64,000 nt of DNA. It comes from Nitrosopumilus sp. GTDB taxonomy: Archaea > Thermoproteota > Nitrososphaeria > Nitrososphaerales > Nitrosopumilaceae. Where the stretch lies: positions 1,216,001 to 1,280,000 of the forward strand of contig OZ244732.1 in assembly GCA_965219345.1 (NCBI GenBank), in the 5' to 3' direction. Shown piece after piece: positions 9,744 through 19,660 of this stretch (the first letter of the stretch is position 1; each line of letters begins with the position of its first letter). The notes beneath the pieces are model-generated. The model was not told the DNA's origin. It worked only from the letters and a program-made list of their open reading frames with translations, and did not search any database. The position numbers and the translations under genes are program-made.

Positions 9744-11129
9744 CTATCTACTACGGCCGCCGTAGCTATTTTTACCGCCTCCATCACTGTATCTTCTTCT
9801 ACCGCCTCCATCACTGTATCTTCTTCTACCGCCTCCATCACTGTATCTTCTTCTACCGCCTCTATCATCTCTTGAATCCCCACTGTTTGATCTTCCATAT
9901 CTTCCAGAACGCCCTCCTCTGGAATAGTTAGATCTTGATTGACCTCCATATCTTCTTGATGGCATTTGTCTTTTTAGAGGATCTGGAATTGAAATTTGAA
10001 TTCCCATTGCTTCATTCAAATCTTTGATAGGAACTTTGATTTGACGTTTGATAAGATTCCAATCCCCAACAGATGAATATGAAACAAATGTTATTGCTTT
10101 ACCTTCTGCACCTGCTCTAGCTGTTCTTCCAATTCTGTGAAAATATGTCAGTTCTTGATTTGGAACATCATAATTGATTACTAGTTCTACTCTTGGAACA
10201 TCTATGCCTCTTGAGGCTACATCTGTTGCTACAAGAATGTCAGCTTTCCCACTTCGGAATTTTCCCATTGCTTGCTCTCTCCTGTGTTGTGACATGTCTC
10301 CTTCTATTGCTACTGCATTGAACTTTTCTTGATGAAGGAATTTTGCAACATCTCTAGTTCTATATTTTGTTGAGCAAAATACAATAGCTTGATGTTTTAC
10401 CGGCTTGATGAAATCAATTAGATACTTGAACTTGTCTCTGTCTTTAATCACTAAAAATGATTGATCTATTCCTTCCCCACTAAGATCATCCGCATCCAAT
10501 AGAAACTGTTTTGGATTATTCAGATATTCTTCAGAGAGTCTTAGAATCTCCGTTGGCATTGTTGCTGAATACAATGACATTACTCTCTCTTCTGGTGCCA
10601 GATCTAAAATAAATTGGATATCATCAATGAATCCCATATCTAACATTGTATCTGCTTCATCAAGAACAATATGGGTGACATCTCTTAGTTCTATTGTACC
10701 TCTTTTGAGATGATCTATCAGTCTACCTGGTGTTGCTACGACAATTTCTACTCCCCTGTCAAGAGCGTCCAATTGGATTCCCATTCCTTGTCCTCCATAA
10801 ACCGTCGCCACTCTGATTTTGGTATATTTTCCAAATTTCTTTATTTCATCAGTAATCTGTATTGCCAGCTCTCTTGTTGGAGCCATGATCAATCCTTGAA
10901 TTCCATTTTTTGGTTTGATATCTTGTAACATTGCTAATGCAAAAGCAGCAGTCTTACCAGAACCTGTATGGGCTTGTCCTACAACATCCCTTCCTGTAAG
11001 TAATACTGGAATTGCTGCTTCTTGTATTGGAAATGCTTCTTCATACCCAAGATCGGTAATTCCTTTCAGTATCTCTTCTTTTAATCCTAATTCTTGAAAT
11101 TTTGTCATTTTGTTTTTTCTCTTAAGCAA
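9744..11129 (-). CDS. DEAD-box RNA helicase
   Basis: AHTGSGKT, PTRELA, DEAD, SAT, HRIGRTAR; RG-rich tail. Confidence 0.95.
   Translation of the reverse strand: MLKRKNKMTKFQELGLKEEILKGITDLGYEEAFPIQEAAIPVLLTGRDVVGQAHTGSGKTAAFALAMLQDIKPKNGIQGLIMAPTRELAIQITDEIKKFGKYTKIRVATVYGGQGMGIQLDALDRGVEIVVATPGRLIDHLKRGTIELRDVTHIVLDEADTMLDMGFIDDIQFILDLAPEERVMSLYSATMPTEILRLSEEYLNNPKQFLLDADDLSGEGIDQSFLVIKDRDKFKYLIDFIKPVKHQAIVFCSTKYRTRDVAKFLHQEKFNAVAIEGDMSQHRREQAMGKFRSGKADILVATDVASRGIDVPRVELVINYDVPNQELTYFHRIGRTARAGAEGKAITFVSYSSVGDWNLIKRQIKVPIKDLNEAMGIQISIPDPLKRQMPSRRYGGQSRSNYSRGGRSGRYGRSNSGDSRDDRGGRRRYSDGGGRRRYSDGGGRRRYSDGGGKNSYGGRSR
9774..9862. repeat. 27-bp coding tandem repeat (GGRRRYSDG, about 3 copies)
   Basis: TACCGCCTCCATCACTGTATCTTCTTC units in the helicase tail. 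Confidence 0.9.
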
Positions 11130-11210
11130 CGACGAAAAAGCTCATTGCCTACTCGTCATTATTCCGATATCTGCCGTCTCGATTTCGGTCTAATAAACGC
11201 TTGTTATTTT

Positions 11211-12047
11211 TTACAAACCTAATTGAGAATCAATAACTTTTTTGAAACTTTCAAATGGCTGGGCTCCCTTTAACTCAACATATCCTATTTGATCATTACC
11301 TACAAAGAATCCCGGTGTTCCTGAAACTCCATAGTCTCTTCCATCATCAAGATCTTTTCTAATTTCTTCAATATACTTTCCATTAGTAAGACATGAATCA
11401 AAAACTTCTCGTTCTAGCTGCATCTCTTCAGCATATTGACTAAACAATGATAATGCAACAGCAGTTTCTTGACTGTTCCATTCATTTTGTTTTTCAAATA
11501 GTACGTCATGCATCTCTTTGAATTTGCCTTGTTCATTTGCACATTCTGATGCAATAGACGCAGGTACTGCATTTGGATGAATACTTTGAATTGGGAAATC
11601 TCTGAAAACCAAGTTGACTTTTCCTTGGTCTATGTATTCCTCGTAAATTAGTGGAAGTGTTTGAGTGTAGAATCTTGCACAAAATGGACATTGAAAGTCT
11701 GAAAACTCAATTATTGTGATTGGTGCGTCTATGTTTCCAATAATTGGGTCATTATCTACTGAAATTTTCATTGGAAGTTTTGGTTGTTCTGCGGGTAATT
11801 GATTTTGTAGTATTTTGAGTTCTAATTTGGCTATTGCCTCTTCCAGATCTTCCTCTGAAATCTGATTTGAGCTTTGATTTGATATGTATGATCCTGCAAA
11901 AAACGCTGCAATTCCTATCACTATAATTAATCCTATAATTAATCCGTTAAATGTTGATTTTTTTACAGATATCTTCCCAGAATCATTTTGATTTAACTCA
12001 AAATCATCAGAATCATTTTGATTTAACTCAAAATCATCAGAACTCAT
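11211..12047 (-). CDS. Membrane-anchored DsbA/thioredoxin-fold protein
   Basis: FSDFQCPFC, GTPGF; 30-bp in-frame duplication at N-terminus (SDDFELNQND x2). Confidence 0.9.
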   Translation of the reverse strand: MSSDDFELNQNDSDDFELNQNDSGKISVKKSTFNGLIIGLIIVIGIAAFFAGSYISNQSSNQISEEDLEEAIAKLELKILQNQLPAEQPKLPMKISVDNDPIIGNIDAPITIIEFSDFQCPFCARFYTQTLPLIYEEYIDQGKVNLVFRDFPIQSIHPNAVPASIASECANEQGKFKEMHDVLFEKQNEWNSQETAVALSLFSQYAEEMQLEREVFDSCLTNGKYIEEIRKDLDDGRDYGVSGTPGFFVGNDQIGYVELKGAQPFESFKKVIDSQLGL

Positions 12048-12173
12048 TTAAATTCATTCCAAAGCCTAGCATACTTAATCGTATTGGCAAACCTAACAAT
12101 ATATGTCAAGTATAATTTTTGAAAACAAAGTAATTTCCTATGACTGAAAAAATTACTCCCAAATCTAGTTTGA

Positions 12174-13493
12174 CTATCCTAATCCTATAGCTCTAAAGTT
12201 TAGCTTTGAAAACTTTGTAGGATTCAAAACTCTCCTTGCATCAATAATGTTTGGGTGACTCATGTTCTTTTCAAATTTGGCAGGTACTAGTATTTTGTAC
12301 TCATCCCAGTCGGTTAGGATTATGCAGCAATCCGAATTATTCAAACACTCTTTGACGCTAGTACAATAGTTTATTCTATTCCTGAAAATAGCCTTAAAAT
12401 TGTTCATGGCCATTGGATCATGAACTCGAACTTTGAGACCTCTCCTAGTAAGCTCTTTTACAACATTAATGGACACAGCAGATCTTATATCATCAGTATC
12501 TTTCTTAAATGAGAGACCCAAAATTGAAACGGTCTTTCCACTAGAACATGCTTTGAGTTCTTTCATCAATTCAATGATTTTTTTAGGTTGTGAATCATTA
12601 ACGTTTTTTACAGCTCGCAGAAGGGTATTGGCATTACCCAACTTTTCAGAATATTTGAGTAATGCCGAGAGATCTTTTGGCAGACAGCTACCCCCGAATC
12701 CAGGCCCTGCATTGAGAAACAAAGAACCAATTCTCGGATCTTTTCCAATTGCAGCAGCTATTGTAGTTATATCTGCATCTGGTATTTTTTGACATGTGTT
12801 TGCAATCGAGTTAATGAAGCTAATCTTTGTTGCCAAAAACGCATTGTTTGTGTATTTTATCATCTCAGCAGTAGAAAAATTGGTATGAATAATCTCAAAT
12901 GATTTTGAATAAAAGGAACGATAGTATTTTTCCAAAAACAGGCCACTTTTTTTGTTGCGCTCCCCTATTACTATCAGGTGAGGGTTTTCAAGATCATGTA
13001 TTGCACTTCCCTCTCTGAGAAATTCCGGATTGACTAGGACATCTACATTTTTAGAGTCTATCAGGTCTTGTAAAATTGGAAGAATCTCTAGTTGAGTAGT
13101 TTGTGGTACTACTGTACTTTTTACTACTATTACATGATAACTAGATTTTTCTTGAAGAATTGTATGGATTTGTTTTGTGGCCTTTTTGATAAAATCAAGA
13201 TTTATTGTTCCCGAACTTGTTGAAGGAGTGCCAACAGTAAGGAAGGTTAGGTCACTATTCGTTATTGCATTTCTCAGATTGGTAGTAAATTCCAAATTTT
13301 TGGATTTGATGGATTTCTTAAGATATTTTTCAAGATTATGCTCAAAGATATCTGGTTTGCCAGACTTTAGATTGTGAATTTTTTTCTCATCAATATCCAC
13401 ACCGATAGTATGAAAACCACGCACCGCATTTACTACTGCCAAAGATAGTCCTACAAAGCCAAGACCAACTACTGAAATTCTAATTTTTTTCAT
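12174..13493 (-). CDS. ugd: UDP-glucose 6-dehydrogenase
   Basis: GLGFVG, VGTP, KSTV, NPEFLREG, GFGGSCLPKD. Confidence 0.9.
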   Translation of the reverse strand: MKKIRISVVGLGFVGLSLAVVNAVRGFHTIGVDIDEKKIHNLKSGKPDIFEHNLEKYLKKSIKSKNLEFTTNLRNAITNSDLTFLTVGTPSTSSGTINLDFIKKATKQIHTILQEKSSYHVIVVKSTVVPQTTQLEILPILQDLIDSKNVDVLVNPEFLREGSAIHDLENPHLIVIGERNKKSGLFLEKYYRSFYSKSFEIIHTNFSTAEMIKYTNNAFLATKISFINSIANTCQKIPDADITTIAAAIGKDPRIGSLFLNAGPGFGGSCLPKDLSALLKYSEKLGNANTLLRAVKNVNDSQPKKIIELMKELKACSSGKTVSILGLSFKKDTDDIRSAVSINVVKELTRRGLKVRVHDPMAMNNFKAIFRNRINYCTSVKECLNNSDCCIILTDWDEYKILVPAKFEKNMSHPNIIDARRVLNPTKFSKLNFRAIGLG

Positions 13494-13501
13494 AAGCCAA
13501 A

Positions 13502-14341
13502 TTAATTTTTATTGTAAAACTCATAGGATAAATTAAGACATTCAATGTAACTTTCCGCACTTCCAAAGTCTATGCGCTTTTCATCATCATTGAGTTGTAC
13601 AGCCACACTCTTTTTGTTTTCGATCATTTTTTTCATTGCATCAGAAAGCTGAATCTCGTTATTTTTATCAGGTTCTACCTTTTCCAGAAAATCAAAGATT
13701 GTTGGTTTGAAGATATACGTTCCAATAACAGCAAGATTAGACTTTGGCTTTTTTGGTTTTTCTTCCATATTTTCTACTTCAATTATGTCATCTTTTTGCT
13801 TTCCCTCAACTACCCCATATGGTCTCGGGTCATCAACTTTAGCTACCAAAAATGCCATGTCAGCATCATACTTGAAGAATGCTTCTTCAAGTCGTTGTAA
13901 ATGATTATTTTTTTTTGATAGAATCACATTGTCTCCTGCTTGTAATAGAAAATTATTATCTTCAACAACGGGTTTGGCTCTTAATACTGCATCTCCAAAT
14001 CCTAAAGGAAATGGTTGTTGTGCAAAAACAATATTGCTGCTTTTTACCATGGAGAAAAATTGTTTTATTGTAAAATCTACAGTAGTTTTCTCATTATCAA
14101 AATCCGAAAGAAAATAATCTACTACCGATCTTTTGGAGCTTCCAACAACAAAACTAAAGTCCCTAATTCCAAAATCAAATACAGATTCAAAGATTATCTG
14201 AAGGAGAGGTTTCAACACAGAATCATTTCTGCCATTTTTTACATAAACTGGCAACATCTCTTTGGGAGCGGCTTTAGTATAGGGTAATAGTCGTTTACCA
14301 CGACCAGCTGCTGTAATTACTGACTTTGCTATCCTTGTCAT
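13502..14341 (-). CDS. galU: UTP-glucose-1-phosphate uridylyltransferase-like nucleotidyltransferase
   Basis: AAGRGKRLLPYTKAAPKEMLP, PLGFGDAV, EEKP. Confidence 0.8.
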   Translation of the reverse strand: MTRIAKSVITAAGRGKRLLPYTKAAPKEMLPVYVKNGRNDSVLKPLLQIIFESVFDFGIRDFSFVVGSSKRSVVDYFLSDFDNEKTTVDFTIKQFFSMVKSSNIVFAQQPFPLGFGDAVLRAKPVVEDNNFLLQAGDNVILSKKNNHLQRLEEAFFKYDADMAFLVAKVDDPRPYGVVEGKQKDDIIEVENMEEKPKKPKSNLAVIGTYIFKPTIFDFLEKVEPDKNNEIQLSDAMKKMIENKKSVAVQLNDDEKRIDFGSAESYIECLNLSYEFYNKN

Positions 14342-14453
14342 TATCTACTTTGATTAATTACTTCTTTATTTTAATGATTGACGTTAATCAAACATATTTT
14401 TCCTAAAATTTTCTATGTTTCAAAGAGGAATGGGCTTTAAACATAAGAAGTAA

Positions 14454-14527
14454 AGCCAATGACGGGATCTGAACCCATGACCTGCTGATTACAAATCAGC
14501 TGCTCTACCAGGCTGAGCTACATTGGC
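14454..14527 (-). tRNA. tRNA-Thr(TGT), canonical
   Basis: GCCAATG TA GCTC AGCCTGGTA GAGC A GCTGA TTTGTAA TCAGC AGGTC ATGGG TTCAGAT CCCGT CATTGGC T. Confidence 0.95.
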
Positions 14528-14638
14528 ACAAAATAAAATAAAATTTTTCAGGTTTAAAGTGTTACCTGTGGTTTATCTAAAATACTTTTTTGTTTCAAAC
14601 TAATCGAATTATCCGTCAGTTTATAATAATGCCATATT

Positions 14639-14884
14639 TTGATATCTGTTATGAGAATAAAATACATGCCACCACTTAGAGTAAAGGTTCTGATGATGAT
14701 GTTTTTTGGAACAGGTGCGATGGGAATGGTTATGGGATTATTTATTGCTCCTCCTTCAATGACTGTGTTTCTTACTTTATTGGGAGTAATTAATTTTGGA
14801 TTGGGTGCATTTTTTACATTTATCTTTTTAACACAAACTCCAAACACCCCTGATAAAAGAAAGAAAAAGAAAAAAGATAGATGA
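14639..14884 (+). CDS. Small two-TM membrane protein
   Basis: Two hydrophobic helices and basic tail; true start probably an internal Met. Confidence 0.7.
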   Translation: MISVMRIKYMPPLRVKVLMMMFFGTGAMGMVMGLFIAPPSMTVFLTLLGVINFGLGAFFTFIFLTQTPNTPDKRKKKKKDR

Positions 14885-14986
14885 TTATGCAAGAAGGTCA
14901 AGATTTTGCTAATTTTTTAAATCGGTTATGAAAAATGTCTATCTCAATTAAAGTATAAATAATGATATTCTTTCATCAATTCAGAA

Positions 14987-15538
14987 ATGTTTGACTTTGT
15001 AGCCAAGAAATTATTCCTTACAAAAGGTAAAGGGATTCATGCAGATAGATTGACAAGTTTTGAATATGCTCTTAGAGATGCTGGAATAGCAGGAACAAAT
15101 CTTGTGTTGATTTCAAGTATCTTTCCACCACATGCTAAATTAATCTCTAGAAAAGAAGGTCTAAAAAAAATTAAACCAGGCCAGATTCTATTCACAATTT
15201 ATTCCAAGAATCAAACTAATGAACCACATAGAGTGTGTGCTGCATCAGTAGGTCTTGCACAACCAAAAGATGTGAAAAGATATGGTTATCTATCCGAATA
15301 CGAATCTTTTGGTCAAAACGAAAACCAAGCAGGTGACTATGCCGAAGACATTGCAGCACAAATGCTAGCATCTTCCTTAGGAATTCCATTTGATGTTGAC
15401 AAAAACTGGGATGAAAAAAGACAGCAATGGAAAATTTCAGGCCAGATCTATAACACTCATAATATTACTCAATCAACTAAAGGTAACAAGGATGGAAAAT
15501 GGACAACTGTATTTGCAGCAGCGGTACTCTTACTGTAA
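14987..15538 (+). CDS. pdaD: Pyruvoyl-dependent arginine decarboxylase
   Basis: SFEYALRDAGI..NLVLISSIFPP (SS self-cleavage site), GYLSE. Confidence 0.9.
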   Translation: MFDFVAKKLFLTKGKGIHADRLTSFEYALRDAGIAGTNLVLISSIFPPHAKLISRKEGLKKIKPGQILFTIYSKNQTNEPHRVCAASVGLAQPKDVKRYGYLSEYESFGQNENQAGDYAEDIAAQMLASSLGIPFDVDKNWDEKRQQWKISGQIYNTHNITQSTKGNKDGKWTTVFAAAVLLL

Positions 15539-16690
15539 TTACTTTTTGTATCCTTTAAGATAAAACATCGCAGCTGCAATTGCCACTATTGTTATTATAA
15601 TTACTACAGCAATTGATTCGTCAAACTCAACATTTTCAGGTTGTGTAGTTTGCTCTCCACCTAGTGAAAATTCTAATTCTTGTTTGCTTACTGATACTTT
15701 TTCACCAAAAATGTATTTACCTTGAATCCTTTGTCCTTCTTCAGGATCAAAAACCCATCCTTCTTTTGAAATGTCTGCAGGAATCTTTTCATTTTCTATG
15801 ATTTGTGTAGGGACAATATTTCCTTTGACATCTGAAACATTTGTATTCTCAGATGATAATACTATCACTTGAATTATTGAATTTAGGGGATACAGTCCTG
15901 ATGAAAAATAATCTGATCTCTTTAGATTTTCAACTTTGAGAAATTCTAATGGGCTAATTTCAGAAATTATTGTGCCTTTGTTTGGGTAATCAACTGATAA
16001 TTTTAACTGTAAAAGTGATTTTGATTCTAATGCGATAAACGAAAATGTCATTTTTGAGTTTTCTTCAAATGATAGATCCTTTGCGACATCATAAAATCCT
16101 CCTCCGTCTCTAATTATCTTTGGAATAAGTATTGTTGAAATCTTTTCATACATTGAATTTGTGTCTTCCATAGGCATTGTGTACACTGCTGAAATTATGC
16201 CCTTACTTGAAATTACTCCCGAAGTTTCAAGTGCTTCATTTATTTGATTACTACTGTGGATGAAAACCGAATGAAATTTAGCATCTGTGTCGAATGCCTG
16301 ATTAATTTCATCAATGTACAAATCACCAATCTCTTTTGTAGAATCTTGAATTGCAATAATTCCCTTATCTGCAAAATCTCTTTCTACATTTATCATGATA
16401 CATGATTGGTCAACAACTCCTAGAACACATTGGTCGTGATTAGTCAAAACTATGGCTTTAATTCTCTCGTTTTCTCTAATTTTTTGCTCCAATTCTGCAG
16501 GAATTCTAATTTCTTGAGTGTTAGTACTTTGTAATGTAATTGACGCTGTAACATTTTGTGAGATGCTATTGTCTACAATTATCTGTGCATTTTCCTGAAA
16601 AGTTGCAAGACCGAGTTCTTGTGAATAGGCATAATTTGTAGAAATTCCAATCAATGCAATTAATGCAAAGAAAAATACCTTTTTTCGCAT
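15539..16690 (-). CDS. Exported protein with C-terminal membrane anchor
   Basis: Signal peptide; C-terminal TM helix + YLKGYKK. Confidence 0.8.
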   Translation of the reverse strand: MRKKVFFFALIALIGISTNYAYSQELGLATFQENAQIIVDNSISQNVTASITLQSTNTQEIRIPAELEQKIRENERIKAIVLTNHDQCVLGVVDQSCIMINVERDFADKGIIAIQDSTKEIGDLYIDEINQAFDTDAKFHSVFIHSSNQINEALETSGVISSKGIISAVYTMPMEDTNSMYEKISTILIPKIIRDGGGFYDVAKDLSFEENSKMTFSFIALESKSLLQLKLSVDYPNKGTIISEISPLEFLKVENLKRSDYFSSGLYPLNSIIQVIVLSSENTNVSDVKGNIVPTQIIENEKIPADISKEGWVFDPEEGQRIQGKYIFGEKVSVSKQELEFSLGGEQTTQPENVEFDESIAVVIIITIVAIAAAMFYLKGYKK

Positions 16691-16825
16691 AAGTTGTCAC
16701 TCTGGAAATCAAATTATTAAATTTACTCTTATTTTGGGAGGTGTCAAGTTATGGTGACCTGGCGAAGGGTGTCAAGTCGGTGACCTGGGTGGGATCTAAC
16801 ATCTTCGTGTGCTAGAACACACTGA

Positions 16826-17146
16826 CAGAGTCAGAACTTCTCGCTTGAAGAGGGATCCTTTACAGACAGATATCACCTGAGAATCTTCAATGGTGGTCAG
16901 GACACACACAGTGGTGGATTCAACTACTGGTCAGTCGGTGCTATACACAGAGAAAACTGTACTCCTTCATGTCACACACTGTATTCTAATGCTTGGGAAA
17001 CAGCCGAGTCACACCTAAAAAGCGATCTTAGCTCAACACTTGGCATTCTAAGTGTGGGAACAATCAATTTATCCAATTCAGGATCTTATGGTTCTCCAAC
17101 TTCATACTGGAACAATGGAATAGCAGGTAAAATCAAGGTACAGTAA
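16826..17146 (+). pseudogene. Start-less 3' gene fragment (106 codons)
   Basis: Open frame QSQNFSLEEGSFTDRYHLRIF..WSVGAIHRENC..GKIKVQ*; no start codon. Confidence 0.55.
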
Positions 17147-17226
17147 TATGCTTCCTTTTTTCTTTCTTTCACTATGAGGTTCTGCTAAGTTATGGGAATA
17201 TGAATTATCCAAATTGAATTTTGTAC

Positions 17227-18665
17227 CTATTCGGAATCAATCCTGCCGAACTTCATGCCTTCCTGGACCAAAAGTGCATTAAGTTCTGCCATGATAAGTT
17301 TTCCACCTTTTCTGCGGTTGCAGTTACCGCAAAGTAGCTGAAGATTCCCATCGTCATCAATGCCTCCCTTTGCCTTTGGCATTATGTGGTCTACTTCAAG
17401 ATCTTTGAACTGGTAGTGGTACCTGCATCCGTTGCAACAGCCTTGTTGTATACCGTATAGGGTATGTTTGATATTTTTCGATCTGTTTCCCTTTCTATTT
17501 GGTATGTCAGTTCTATGTATGACCTGCCCTGCTCCTGTGATAAATTTGGCAATGCCTGCATCCTTTCTTAGTCTTTGCTCGATTAGGGAATAGGCCCGTT
17601 CTGATATGTCACACCCTATCCATTGTCTGCCCAGTCTTTCTGCGGCCAGACATGCAGTGGCACACCCATAAAAAGGATCAAATACAATTTCACCAACACC
17701 ACTGCTACTTTCAATTATTCTTTCCAACAATGCAAGTGGTTTTTGGGTAGGATAGCCAAGTCTTTCTTCACCTTGAACATTCTGTATATCTGTCCAAATA
17801 TTCTGTAATGGTATCCCTTTTGCCTCATCAAGATATATCTTGTATCTGGGAATGCCGTTCTTGCTCTTTGGCATATGTATTCTTCCTTTTTTTTCCAATT
17901 CAAGCATTGATTCCAACGGCCTTTTCCATATTCTTACGTGTCCTTTGTACTCATATTCATATCCGCCGCCAGCCAGGCTTTCTGCGGTTAACATTATGGA
18001 ATTATACCTGCCACGTTCATCCTCGTTTCTAAAATATCTTTTAATATCCTTCTCTGAGTATGGCTTGTAGACGGCATGCCAGTTATAATTTTTTGTCTTT
18101 GTGTAAAATAATATTTGATCAGACACCTTGCCATATCTCTTTCCGTCATTATGGACGTTTGGAGTCCTTCTCCATGTAATATCATTACAAAATGATCCAG
18201 ATCCAAATATTGCATCAAGAACCAGCTTGAGATAGTGACTCATGGTAGTATCACAGTGCAGGTACAACGAACCTGTCGGTTTCAGAATCCTGTACATCTC
18301 CAAAATCCTGATTGCCATGTATATCAGATACGACATGGCAGAATCCCCGCCTATTTTTCCAGCCGTACCTATGATTGAATACAGCGGATAATTCTGTTCT
18401 GCAATTTCACCCCACCACGACGTATCAATGTCACTCAAGGTCCATGTGTCCCTGAACTCTGCACCTGCAGCCTTGGAACCGATAGGTGCCGCATAGTTAT
18501 GCTTTGAGTTGAAGGGAGGATCAAGATAGATTAAATCAACAGAATCATCTTCCATGCCCCTCATAACAGGCAGATTGTCTTTTATGAAGATTGTACGGTT
18601 TTTGATTCCATTTGATTTCGGGGGGGGGGGGCGGGCGGTGTGGGGATTCGTGCTTTTGAGGTCAT
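17227..18665 (-). CDS. N6/N4 DNA methyltransferase fused to HNH nuclease; 5' end frameshifted in G12 tract
   Basis: DLIYLDPPF, YPTQKP, DPFYGCAT; C-terminal CNGC..DHIMPKAKGG..NLQLLCGNCNRRK. Conserved NRTIFIKDNL lies upstream of the 18564 ATG. Confidence 0.85.
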
Positions 18666-18944
18666 CTTACACGTTCCTTATTCCAATATGGGGAATTGCA
18701 TTTCTTATTGTTACAGTTCTTTGGTGATTCATTTCTGCTATACCATATTTCACTGCATCTGTTACACTCATGTCTCCAATATGCACCATCTACTTTCATA
18801 CTCATATCGATACCGTAAATTCATCATTATATAATCATTTACTACATATAGCCAAAAAGTATAGTATATATGTAGGTAAAAAATATAGTATGATATGAAA
18901 TGTGTAATGATGAAAAATAAAATCAAAGGCATGGAAAAATAACT

Positions 18945-19250
18945 ACAAGGCAAAAAATCCACTTTGGAAAGACACTGAACATGTCAGACACATTCACATG
19001 AAAGGTGACAAAAACAATAATCGCGTGGAACGTTTGAACGGTACAATCAGGGACAGGGAAGTCTCATACAGGGGGATAAAGAAAATGAAGTCCACTCTTT
19101 GCAGGATTTCAGACATTCTACAATTTCTCAAAGAAGCATGGAGGTATAGGCAAAAAGACACCAGCTGAGATGGCAGATATTCTAGTTGATGGGAATAACA
19201 AGTGGAAGACCGTAATCCAAAATGCCAGTCTAAACAAAAATTACGTCTAG
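18945..19250 (+). pseudogene. C-terminal remnant of IS6-like transposase
   Basis: HVRHIHMKGDKNNNRVERLNGTIRDRE..(frameshift)..YNFSKKHGGIGKKTPAE..GNNKWKTVIQNASL, collinear with 2938-4056. Confidence 0.9.
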
Positions 19251-19416
19251 GCATAGAAACTTTTTATTTAGTAGTTTGACTAATAAAAATGGGCTTAAGT
19301 CCCTCTCTGTCTTGGTCGTTGTGGTTCGCTATCACAATATAGACAGTAAAAAATGAAGCCTTATACCCCGCATGGCATAAGGTGGATTTTTATTATTTTT
19401 AATTTTTCAAATCTTT

Positions 19417-19498
19417 GCTACGATACGCAAGCTCGGTATGCGGGGAGCCTCCTAAGCTTCTGCCATGCGGTTCGGGGGTTTAAATCCCTCTCGTAGCG
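19417..19498 (+). tRNA. Atypical tRNA, anticodon CCT (nominal Arg), with 13-nt variable arm
   Basis: GCTACGA TA CGCA AGCTCGGTA TGCG G GGAGC CTCCTAA GCTTC TGCCATGCGGTTC GGGGG TTTAAAT CCCTC TCGTAGC G. Confidence 0.8.
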
Positions 19499-19660
19499 TT
19501 GTTTTTCAATTCAGAGAAGATCCATGTTTCATTCTATATCCCCATAACTTAGCAGAACCACATTTTGAAATGGTATAATTAGATGAACTTTTTTTATTTT
19601 TTTACGAAAATGCATTATCTGCTAGCTAATATTGTTATTTATGCAAAAATCTAGTTAGTA

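Larger units (their letters stand above)
17178..19559. mobile_element. IS6-like cargo transposon 2 (non-autonomous)
   Basis: TIR GGTTCTGCTAAGTTATGGG(A/G)ATAT (19 bp perfect, 23/24 overall) at both ends. Encloses MTase-HNH, transposase tail and tRNA. No TSD. Confidence 0.9.

Noticed and set aside
9710-9949. Repetitive ORFs (YRLHHCIFF, EAVEEDTVM)
   Set aside because: Alternative-frame shadows of the helicase tail repeat.
11978-12040. 30-bp duplication in dsbA as another spacer lesion
   Set aside because: Copies are adjacent with no insert, so ordinary slippage.
16736-17100. RNase P or SRP RNA
   Set aside because: No GAGGAAAGTCC-type motif; the stretch is an open protein-like frame.
19291-19385. 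HDV-like/theta ribozyme beside the tRNA
   Set aside because: Could not build the nested double pseudoknot, and it lies 5' of the tRNA.
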